Source of the DNA: Raja brachyura
Lineage: Eukaryota
Assembly: GCA_963514005.1 (NCBI GenBank)
Contig: OY740814.1
Coordinates: 11,718,001-11,782,000, forward strand
Reading direction: 5' to 3'
Length of the DNA stretch: 64,000 bases
Positions 1 through 11,222 of this stretch are shown in pieces. A program made the translations under genes and the position numbers. Position 1 is the first letter of the stretch. Every line of letters starts with the position of its first letter. The notes under the pieces are model-generated. The model had not been told where the DNA came from. It made no database searches and saw only the letters and a program-made list of their open reading frames with translations.

Positions 1-528
1 GCATAGTGGATTTATACCAATTTATAATTTAAAACAATTTATGAAAACCTTCCGGTCTATGCGTAAACAAACGTAGAAGTGCTAAATGTTCCCATCCAAT
101 TTTACATTCCTCTTCATTAGGTCTTCCATTTTCATCTATCCATGACAAATAAATCAAATAGGAAAACAAGGCTCAAAAGTGAAAATTCAATACAGTACAA
201 AGCAGAAGAGCTGTACTGGTGAGAGCAATGCCGGTCACGATTGCGACTGTTCTGAGAGGGGAGCCAAGGGCTTTTTTCACATTCCTTAAAAAAAATGCTT
301 CTGGCAAAAACAATGAGAGATAACATCAGAAACTAAATAAGCTTTATTAATTCTCTGCATTTAAACAAAGTTGATTGTTTCATCTCTCTGGAATTTGACA
401 TAAGTAGTAAGAAATTAAAAGTAGATACTCAAATTACAAGTCATTTAACACATACAGCTAATCTATTTTATTTGCTACTAACGCTGAATTGCATATTATA
501 AGAAATGCTAGCATTGAAGCAGACTTAC

Positions 529-602
529 CCTCGAGGAGTCATATGGTGGGCTTGGCTGGTCAGCTGATCCCCAAGAATTAGTACCTGTTCTTTCTTCCAT
601 TA
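529..602 (-). CDS. TCF12: TCF12/HEB third coding exon (74 nt), (V)MEERTGTNSWGSADQPSPPYDSSR
   Basis: Minus strand reads ttttcttttgatag|TA ATG GAA GAA AGA ... TCC TCG AGG|gtaagt. Phase matches the previous exon (G+TA=Val). Peptide resembles TCF12 '[24 protein letters not shown]' as I recall it. Confidence 0.93.
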
Positions 603-2898
603 CTATCAAAAGAAAATACAGCGTTAGTTAGACTGAAGATAGCGCTCAGAAAAGGCGTTTAAATCATTTGTGTTTCTTAAATTACTTTCTTGAAGACTCA
701 AGGTAAATTTAACATAATAATAAATTCCTCAAACATCATCTAAATATCGACAAACCCAATAGCATCTTGCCAAATTAGTTCTTAGGAAATTCTAGAACTA
801 TGTATTGTTGAACGACAAAAATGTAATTTCATTTCCACTCTTTAACTGAACGTGCTCACTGTGATAGGATTCGAGCACAAGGAAATGAGACAAATTTTCC
901 ATTTTACACCAGTGCCAATTATTTTAAGATTCTTCAAAAGCAACATGTGCCTCAGTTCTTTTTAACCAAACATCTTGGACCTATCCTCAAAAAATACCTT
1001 TGCTTCACAAATTATTTTCAACACTGAACCACCAAATGAGGTGCCAATTAGTACAAAATTATAGGCATGTTTGTACTTGGAAATATTTTTGATACTGCCC
1101 CGACTTGTATAATGAAGATGCTCAAGCTGGTAAAGAAAACATATCCATGTGGATTAGATTCAAATCCAGATTTCGGAACTGAAAGTCCTTGATCGACCAC
1201 AGCATCTGCACAGACACAAGTGGACACACAAGAGACTAGATGCTGAGGGGAAAAAAAGTGCTGAGGGAATTCAGCGGCTCAGGCAGCATTTGTGGAGGGA
1301 AATGGCAAATGGGATGACTTTCTGGACCAGATCCTTTCACAAGATACCAGCACTGTGATTTTTTGCACATTGATACAAGTAATAGAGTACAATATATCTT
1401 AACAATCAACTTTAAACGGGTATAATGCAAACTAGAACTGGTCTTCAGTGAAAAACAATATTTGACCCTGGAAAAAAAATTATACAACTGTTTCTGCAAT
1501 TTTAACATGCTTTAATCTTCTTTTGTAAAGACCGTTTTATAGATCTACAGAATAGAGCTTTCCACAACTTGACTGTATCTTGTCTTCCACACCTTTCAGT
1601 GAAAATTCCATCACAGATTTCTAGATCCAACTACCGGTTTATTTTTGATTTGTTTCTACCAAATGCATATACACTTCCAATAATTAGTGGATCAGTAACA
1701 TTAACATCTCACTTCTCCAACCAACTACCATGACCAATATTAATATACTACAATGTTTTTCATTGAGAAATTGGTATAATAGTCCAAAACACAAACAATT
1801 ATATTGTACAGTAAATACAACTCGTGTAGCTTGTAGACTAGACATGGATTGAAGCTTTTGCACATCTCTACTCTTGAACCAATCATTATTTAGATAATAT
1901 ACTTTTTAATATTGTCCATGAGAGCAATCAACTTTCACATTTTCTACTTAATCTGCCCATTATCTTAAACTACATCCTCCCCTGTAGTTTTATGTCCACT
2001 TCAGAACTACTTTCATGTCCACCAGCAAATTTATCACACCTCTGGATGTTCAAATGATTTAATTATACAATGCAACTGGACAAACACAATTAAGTCTGCA
2101 CAAAACAGAAACGGGTTTTTTTTTCTTCCAATCACATTGTGAAACAGTGAAATTTGGATATTCTACTATTGGTTTTAATTCCAAATGTTAACAATTGTAG
2201 GTCTTTCATACCATATCCAAACAACTAATCATTAATAATTCAGTTCAAGATGAAAAACCATGGATCAAAACATTTATTTTCAAAGCAATGTTAAAATAAG
2301 GTGCAAGCTTGCCAGCTGACTAGGCTGATCCAATGATAGATTTTAACCAATAAAAACTAGATTTCCGATGTAGTAATAACAGGTGTACTTATGCTTCTGC
2401 CAAACCAGTGCCCAGGTTTCTAACTTCATTTCACCCATAATGATACTCATAAGTATAGATTCTATCTTGCACCAAATAACATGAACATTTTTCCAAATCA
2501 AATTTTCCCAATTTCCATGAAGAAGCAATGTTGAAATGGTTTCAGCAAATTGCCTAACTCCATTGAAATTGTTTTATCAAATGGTAATGTTCAGTTATTA
2601 CATCATTTCTACCTTTATCATGTGGCCAATCCATTTTATTTCAAGAAATGCAATTTCAGATGTGCAAACTTCCATCAATAAAAATTTAATTTTGCTTCAT
2701 CAAAAATTATATCCTTCAAGAAATGCACTTTAGGGTTTAAATCTGTCTCATGTAGAAATATTCAACATTCTAATATTCAACCATGATTGCATTCACTCCT
2801 GATTCAGTCGGCATCTGTTCGGGCATTGATGTTTCTAAATGCTGAATCCAACATGAATTTTAGTTTGCAGATTCCAAAAGGCAAGTCAATTAAGAACA

Positions 2899-2976
2899 AT
2901 TGAAGAAGAGTCTCGACCCGAAACGTCACCCATTCCTTCTCTCCAGAGATTTACTCCAGCAATTTGTGTCTATCTT
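2899..2976 (+). mobile_element. Solo Penelope-tail insertion with hammerhead-like motif, 12-bp TSD
   Basis: tgaagaagagtctcgacccgaaacgtcacc... flanked by caattaagaaca at 2887-2898 and 2977-2988. Confidence 0.85.
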
Positions 2977-3197
2977 CAATTAAGAACATGTTTGGCTTGG
3001 ATGTTGATCCCCAATGCAGATTTATTTCAATTTCTCATGGCCAATTATGTACAGTGAAGAATAGCTACTCATCAGTTAACAGGTAGTTGAACGAAAATTA
3101 AACACAAAAATTATTAAACAGCATTTCCATTCAAGATATGAAAACCAAATGAATGAAACAACTCATCTAATATTTAACTGGGAATTTTATAATATTA

Positions 3198-3896
3198 CTA
3201 GACCAAGTGGGACCCGTTGGGTCCCTGCCACATAGGAGGCCTGGTCCCCCAACGCAACCCGTTCCCCAACACAATATTTCACCACTCACCCATAGCCCGC
3301 ATGGGAGGCCTGGTCCCCCAACGCAACCCTCTCCAAAACGCAATATTCCACCACTCACCCATAGCCCGCATGGGAGGCCTGGTCCCCCTACGCAACCCGC
3401 TCCCCAACGCAATATCCCACCACTCAACCATAGCAGACAACTGTGCAGGGGCTGCTCATTTTGCCCCATTTTTAAACTTTAAAAAAATGCATTTGTACTT
3501 GCTAGCTAGCAGAACTCATTGTACTGTGGCATTAAAACAAATGCATTTGCACTTGCTAGAGCTGGCAGGACTCAGTGTACTTGGATAGCAACAAAGTTGC
3601 GAGCAAGGCTCCAATCCCATTGTGACGTCACAGATGTAAGCACAGGGAAAAGGCAGTTTTTTTGCCCCCCCAAGTTTCTTCAGATTTTTGAACATTTTGA
3701 TTAATTACTCGAGAAATAATGCATGAATTTTTCAGATAAGGCGATTTTTGACTGCACTGGATAAAGCTCTACTGGAATAAGTCAACATTTTACTGTTGGA
3801 GCGTCGTTTTCAAGAAGATGCGATTGCTCACAAACATATAAATACACAAATACACACACACACACATCCAAGATCAGAGTTTTATAGTTATAAGGA
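3198..3896 (-). mobile_element. Non-autonomous Helitron
   Basis: Minus strand begins A|TC cttataactataaaact followed by a (TG)n tract, and ends with hairpin gggaccc-aac-gggtccc 7 nt before CTAG|T. Inserted in an AT dinucleotide with no TSD. Confidence 0.8.
3233..3434. repeat. 69-bp minisatellite, ~3 copies, inside the Helitron
   Basis: ggaggcctggtccccc-acgcaaccc...accactcacccatagcccgcat recurs at ~3234, 3303 and 3372. Confidence 0.92.
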
Positions 3897-4199
3897 TGGT
3901 TACATTTGCTGTTCATATACAGTCCACTTCAAGATTTGACCTAACACATTAAGCAAAACAATCTACGAGTAATAATTCTCTTGGAAGCAATAGGAAGTGG
4001 AGAGAGAAAATACCATTAGTTCTCAATGTTGTGCAAGATGGCAGAATAGTGCATCCCAGCATTGTTCAACATGGAGAGAATGTCGCAGCAGCAGCTGCAA
4101 GGGAATCAGGATGACCAGTGTCAAACTGCGCGTGTGTGTACGTGTGCACGTTGACATGCGAGTGCATGTAAAGAGTAGAGAAGAAATTAGCACATATAC

Positions 4200-4445
4200 C
4201 AATCCAGGTAAACAACTGGAGACGGAGATAAATGCTGAAATGTTTGCTAAGATATCAGAATGTTCGCCCTCAAAGGCTGGATGGATCAAATGGTGGCACA
4301 ACCAGGTGCAAGGGGACGGTACCCTGGCCTTCACACTATCAATGCCAAATGTCATCTTGCTCACTCTCTCGCCCTCACTATGGAATGGTTGGGCCCAGAA
4401 AGAAATGTTTCTCATAAAGCATGGAAGGTGTCCGTTCTTCAACTG
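4200..4445 (+). mobile_element. Possible decayed hAT transposase scrap
   Basis: DGSNGG..KG followed in another frame by YPGLHTINAKCHLAHSLAL, resembling the hAT DG..M.G / CxxH-L-L motifs. No TIRs found. Confidence 0.3.
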
Positions 4446-6834
4446 ATTTATTTCTCCCCAGAAACAGGGGCTTTAGAAAATTACAGCTATTACCGAAATA
4501 TTTCAATGTTCCTTTTCTAATTTCTGCCCAGTCTACAATTTCACTACAATTTTTTTACATTCAATCAGACCATAGGTCATGACAGAGAATCGGAGCCCAC
4601 CCAATTAAAATCTTCAAGATGTTGCAATCAATTAATAAATAGTTTTATTTATTTTCCTGATAAGGAAACTGTGTAAATTTTAGTGTGCATGTACAAGGCT
4701 CAGAGTACAACATTGAACGCAGAACCTTTAGAGTCTTACATCGTTTTCTGCCTCCGATTCAAGCCAACGCTCTTGACCAAGGAATACAAGGAAGCAAATC
4801 TATAACAATAGGTTGTTGAATTACAGGAAAATTGCAACAATGACAAAATAATCATTAAGCAGATAAAAATAAATCAAGAGAGAATTCCAGGAGCTTTGAG
4901 CAATCATTTTAGTGACAATTATTTATTGTTCGTTCTTTTATGACTCAACTATTTTATATAACCAGCAGTAAATCACTCACTCAAATGTCAAAATCCATCA
5001 GGACAAAAGCACAAAAATGTAGACGTGGGCAAAAGCTATAATTATGACAGCATCCAAGAGGTTTGCTTTAAGTTTGCCTTCAGGATATTACGGCTAACAT
5101 AAAATCTTTGGATAGTCAAAATCTGTGCTGAGAAGTTAATGTTGGTTGATAAGCTATCTTCAGAACCCATAAGCAATACAATATTAACAAGTTACTGCCA
5201 GATAATGGACTTCCATGTCCACTAGAAACTCATGTAATTCATCACAATGGTAACACAAAATCCACATGTTGCTGGAAGTTTCAGCCAGGTAGATCTTCTA
5301 TAACTAGACAGTTGCTTTCTTACAAAAAATTGAATATAAAAACAATTGTGTCAATAGGAAGGTGGCGGGGGGGGGTTAGGGACTAGAGTTTCAGATTAGC
5401 AATGTTATTATTACTGCTGGATTTTCAACAAATAGGTATTTTTAAGAGCTACGACTGTTTTTCTAGTTAAAATAATAATGGCTGCATTCTACATTGTTCG
5501 AGTTTCAATACACAAATGTCATTAGAAGCAATCGTCTGTCAACTTCACTGACCACGAGTGTGATACAATCGTTTTATATCTGTAGTGAAACACGTTCGAG
5601 CAGAACTGCCAGTATTCAGTAGATCAGGCAGCATCTGTAAAAAGACAGACTGCAATATTGGCAGTTTCTGTCCACAGATGCTTCCTGGCCTGCTGATAGT
5701 TTCCAACAGGTTATATCACTAACAATTAGGATGGATTTATTTATTATTCAGATTCCCACCATGAATATTTTTGCCATCAACCATGTTTTCTCAGCAGCAA
5801 CCCCCACCCCGACTCCAAATTGTGAGGATTACAAGACCATCTGAAATATTCTCCCAATTCCCTTGAGATAGAAGCCATCCAATGCAAGAAATCAACTTGG
5901 TACGATAAGGGTCAGAATCCACCATCCAACTAATCTCTAAACCAGCCATCCCATTTTGGATTTTCCACAATTTATGGATGTAGAATATCAGATACATCTT
6001 CTGTTGATTATAACATTGACAAAATACTAGACTTCAGTCAAAAGCATCAAAATATCCAGTATTTCAAAGGGCATCGACTCCAACTTTAAAATCCTGATGT
6101 CCATTTTAAAGGAAGGCACATTATTGACCTTTAAGAGCAATTTCAACATTAGATCAGGATGAGACACAATCCTCTGGTAATGGAATGATAGGCAAGGAAT
6201 AAGAGGGACCTACTCTTGAAAAATGCTTTGTTATTAAAACACCCAACTTCCATCAGAATAATATGCACAAAGCATCTTGGCAACACACCTGCTCCAAGCA
6301 ATATTACCCTGTTTGATTATATAATCCAAGCGATCACAAAGATGTCTACATCACCCACTCCATGACAGGCAAACTGCTGAACTGAACATTGCCTAATCTT
6401 CTCTATTAACCCTATCAACCGGGCAGCAAAACATTAGCATCAGCAGAAGTATTGTTACATATTCAATGTCAAAGCATTCAAAAGACCCCACAAAACTCTC
6501 TTTTCAGACCACACCTCACAGACAACCTGTCAATTCTCACCTATGAGAGCCACAGCCAATGGTGTCCACAGCCAATGAAGTCTGCAATAATTGGCACGTT
6601 GAGCTAGAACCAGGCCAGGTTTGATGAGAATAGCCAGCAGATCAAGCAGTTAATTAGCTGCAACATGTTCCTGGATTGAAAAGTCCCACTGATCCCCAAA
6701 AGGAAAAGCGACAGCAATACAGGTAACCAAAGACAGATGCTCAGTAGAAAACTGAAACACCAAAGAACAGATGGTAGACGGAGACAGCACAGAAGGCTCA
6801 TCAACTCAAATAGTCTGGGCTTGCGAGGACCATT

Positions 6835-7657
6835 AGCACTGGAAGAAGCTATCGACATTCATGTGCACCTCCTGTATCCTCATCTACTGCATCCCGTGCC
6901 CAAGATATGGCTTCCTTTACGTTGGCATGATGAAGCGTAGAAAAGGCAATTGTTTTGCTGAACACGTACTTGATTCACCGAGGTCTACTGGATCTCCCAA
7001 TCGCTAACCATTGTAGCTCCTCATCCCTCTCCCATAATGACCTTTCTGTCCTGGGCCACCTCTATTGACAGAGCGAGGCCACACCCAAACTGGAGATATG
7101 AATACATTCATAATTCCGCTTGAGTAGCTTACACCCAATGGTATGGGCATTGAATTCTCCAATTTTAGGTAACTAACCAAACCCCTCTACCTTCTCACAT
7201 AGGAAAGAAATGCAGATTCAAAGGTAGACACAAAATGCTGAAGTGACTCAGCGGGACCGCTGGAGAGAAGGAATGGTTGACGTTTTGGGTCAAGACCCTT
7301 CTTTAGACTGAAACCCATTCCTTCTCCCAATAGATGCTGCTTTTCCCGCTGAGTTACTCCAGCATTTTGCGTCTACCCACCACCTTCTCCCGGTATTTGT
7401 CCCCGCCCACCAAATTCCTTCCTCTGGCTTCAGGTTTTCATCTCCGGCCTTTGTCCAACCACCTGCCAATCAACTCCCCCTTTCTCTCCCCCCTCACCTA
7501 TATTCACCTATCAACCTTTCAATTGTCAGGCTTTGTCCTTGTCCCACCTCTCTACTAGCTTCCTTAACCCAATCACAATCCGTCCGAAGAAGGGTCCCAA
7601 CCCAAAACATCACCTATCAGTCTGAAGAAAGGTTTCGGCCCGAAATGTTGCCTATTG
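6835..7657 (+). mobile_element. Penelope-like element 3' fragment (GIY-YIG end, 3' tail, hammerhead-like motifs)
   Basis: ttcatgtgcacctcc..atctactgcatc translates to FMCTS.LIYCI.C...LYVG. Homologous to 10261-11222, followed by a pyrimidine-rich tail and two hammerhead-like motifs. Confidence 0.8.
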
Positions 7658-9909
7658 TTCTGATGAATCTTGTGCTTCTGGTGTCTTTCATTACAGTGTT
7701 GTGGAGGTATGGTACTGTACATTGATTATGTATTTTCCAATTTACGGAGAAAAGTAGATTCACGGACATTTAAATTTAGTGATTTATATATTAAAACTAC
7801 ATAATTGTGAACAAATTACTTGACTTCCTTACCCCAAAGCACCATGGAAGCATTCTCACCACACTGACTGCAACAGTTCAATATGATGGGTCATCTTGTC
7901 TTAAACTAGATTCGACCATTGCTAAATCCTATCAATGAATTTAAAACAATGTTCAGCTTTGGCAATATAGTGTGCTAAATCATCACTTGGTTCAGCGAGT
8001 CAAATAAACACATTTATTTTCTACAACTGTCGGTTTGAATTAATAGCTTTACACCACAAACGCCAAATTCATCATCTTTAAAGCAGGAAATGTTCCGGTA
8101 TTTATTAATAAACAATGCTGATTTTATTTGCATGCAGTGCACATCAGGCAAAGTGATTTGTTGATTTACACCATGCTGTATTTTCTCTGCATTGCCTTCT
8201 ACTTATTTTGGCAGAATCCAGAGATATTCAACTAATCATCATTTAATATAATCTTAGAGTGAATAAAGACCAAGTCTAGCCCTCACTTCAAGATTTTTTT
8301 CTTCTCATAATACATTTCTTGAATCACAAAACATCATAATAACCCCAAGCCGGAAGCAATTGCTAATCCTACAAAAATACTGCACTGATTTGCATGCACT
8401 CCATTTGCATTCTAATGTACAAGGCTATATTACAGGCCCATAAGAAAAATTGCATATTTTGTCAATGCAGAATACCCGATTCGGATACACACAATCACAG
8501 AACTGCCAGAGCCAGAGTATATACTTAATACACACTCCCCAAGAGCATATTTTTTATTTACATAATTTTATGGAAGATGTTTCTTGACTTAAAAGTGGTC
8601 AAAGACACAACTATCATTCAAAATCAAAATAGTTTTGATACATCATTTACATTATGCATCCTCGCAAAAGGATCAACTTCACATGCTTGCCCCACCAATT
8701 TAAATCTCAGTATTATTTAAGGAGGTTATTTAATTTGAAATTCAGAATATTGCACACTTTCATTTACCAAGTCCTGAATAATAAAAAAAATGTAAAAAAT
8801 CTACAAGCAAAGACCGTTTGAGGATACCATGCATGACATGCAGCTGAAGCAAACACTAGCAACATATAGGGAAGATAAACAAGTGCAATGAAAAAGGGAA
8901 CAGAGAAATACAATTTAAAGATTTAATGGAGGAAAGATTGGACAAGGCTCAAGCAGACCATCATTAGTGCCAAATAGTCTGCTTCTATTGCTCAAAGCAT
9001 TGACATCTTAAAACTATTTGAGAAACAGCCCCTTATTAGCCCATTTAACAAAACACAACTACTTGGAACATATTGGTAACACCTTGGCACAGCTGAACTT
9101 AGGTTCAGTTTTCAATAAAGCAGGAGCAAACCGAGGGACAAAAGGTCAGATTGCCCAAATGCCTGTTAGTGGAACCGCCAATACTGCCAACAATTACAGG
9201 TTTTTCTTTGCAAAGGATAGGAAATTGCCTTGGGAACTTGCATAAGCCCAACTCCTGAAGTATTTTCATCCATCCAGCAAAACCTCTGCTGAAAAGTCAA
9301 ACTCTCCAATGTACTCTGCATGCCCGCAGAATATTCTGCCCCTTGTTTGTCTACACGAACAGCCTACTCGATTGTTATTCTAGGCAGTGGAGAGCACAGC
9401 AGGCATACCTACTCTACGGGAAACTCACCATTCTCAAAAACAATTCATAATACTTTACAGTGCGTGCTTGGGGTCGTGTCCAGAATTCCCAAGATAAGAG
9501 AGAGTTTTGGTTCTATCCTCGAGCATGGCAGAGTGAGCCACCAAGGAAATAAGAGCATGACTGGATAACACTAATTGAACTACAAGTTCACCAGCCAGAT
9601 TTTTCAATATGGACTACCATCGTGAAGGTTCAACTATAATCTCCACTAGCACCCAACATTTTAGTTCAAGCCACTATCTTAGTAACATGACTGGGAAAGG
9701 TTTTAGATTGCGGATGAGCACATAGTCTGCCAAAAAAACTAAATGTGCAGGAGAAGAGTTAAAGAAGAACAGGTTGACTATCTACATTAAACATATATGA
9801 GGGGGACATAATTATACTATTCCACCCAGGATACTCCAAAGTAAAATAATCATAAATGCTTTTTTTTTTTAAATTGGAAAAATTAAAAATGACACGGGGT
9901 GAAAAACTG

Positions 9910-10041
9910 GGGTGGCAGATTGCAACGTTCACGTGGTCTGCCCTGTTTCGACTAATGCAATCAGCTCGTCGTGCACAAACAGAAGATCAAATAGAACAAG
10001 TTGTCCTACAACTTTAGGCTGTGCACGCCACACGAAAGAAA
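9910..10041 (+). mobile_element. 132-bp retroposed insertion of unassigned family, 12-bp TSD
   Basis: ggtgaaaaactg at 9898-9909 and 10042-10053. Ends in a short purine-rich gaaagaaa tail. Confidence 0.75.
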
Positions 10042-10260
10042 GGTGAAAAACTGTGGAATGTTCGAGGAAAAGAAGAAAAAAAAAATCCCTTCCTGGTGAA
10101 TAAAATCCAGCATTATCTGGTATAAAAATGAATTAACCACAAAACTGAACACTCGTATGCAACTTTATATTTCATTTGTTAATACTACAAAGTCATTTTC
10201 CTTAGTCATTATAAAATCCTGAAAATTGTGAGTATAACACAATAACAATTGTCGTTTTAT

Positions 10261-11222
10261 GTGTAAGAAGGAACTGCAGATGCTGGTTTAAACCGAAGAT
10301 TGACCCAAAAAGCTGGAGTGCCTTAGGCAGTATCTCTGGAGAGAAGGAATGGGTGCTGTTTCGGATCAAAACCCTCCTTCAGACTGAAAGTCATGGGAAG
10401 GGAAATGGGACATATAGATGATGTAGAGAGATGTAGAACAATGAATGAAATATATATAAAAAAGTAACAATGATAAAAGAACGGGCCATTGTTAGATGTT
10501 TGTTGGGTGAAAACGAGAAGCTGGTGCGACTTGGGTGGGGGAGGGATGGAGAGAGAGAGAATGCTGGGGTTACTTGAAGTTGGAGAAATATTCATACCAC
10601 TGGGCTGCAAGCTGCCTAAGCGAAATATGAGATGCTGTTCCTCCATTTTGCGTTTAACATCACTCTGACAATGGAGCAGACATTGGACAGCAAGATCAGT
10701 GTGGGAATGGGGAGGAGAATTAAAGTGTTTAGCAACTGGGTGATCAGGTAGGTCCAGGCAGACTGAATGAAGGTGTTCAGCGAAACAATCACCCAGACTA
10801 CGTTTGGTTTCGCCGATGTACGAGTGCACATCTTGAACAAAGGATACAGTAGATGAAGTTGAAGGAGGTGCAAGTGAACCTCTGCCTAACTTTTAAGGAC
10901 TGTCTGGGTCCCTGGAAAGAGTCGAGGGAGGTGGTATAGGGACAGCTGTTGCATCTCCTGCGGTTGCAGGGGAAGGTACCTGGGGACGGGGTTATTTGTG
11001 TGGGAAGGGATGGGTTAACCAGGGAGTTGCGGAGGGAACGGTCTCTGCGGAAGGTGGAAAGTTTGTTAAGATGGGAAGATGTGACTAGTGGTGGCATCCC
11101 ATTGGAATGATTATCTGTTGTATGCGACAGCTGAAGGGGTGAAATGCAAGGACTAGAGGGACTCAGTCTCTGTCGCGACTAGGGAAAGCAAGGGCTGTGC
11201 TGCGGGGTACCGAAGAGACACA
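10261..11222 (-). mobile_element. Penelope-like retroelement, 5'-truncated (Cys-rich linker, GIY-YIG endonuclease, 3' tail)
   Basis: ORFs 10798-11097 and 10323-10829: PGTFPCNRRRCNSCP...FTCTSFNFIYCILCSRC, YIGETKRSLGDCFAEH...PVAKHFN...EQHLIFRLGSLQPSGMNI. Confidence 0.92.

Noticed and set aside
1560-2760. Very old CR1-like RT relic (similar traces at ~11640-11960, 13100-13500 and 48560-49000)
   Set aside because: Only scattered degenerate motifs, so boundaries cannot be supported by eye.
3233-3434. CRISPR-like regular repeats
   Set aside because: Whole units repeat with no unique spacers, there are no cas genes, and the context is eukaryotic.
3167-3588. Repetitive Pro-rich or Gly/Cys-rich ORFs resembling collagen or keratin-associated proteins
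   Set aside because: Generated by the 69-bp minisatellite inside a Helitron, and open on both strands.
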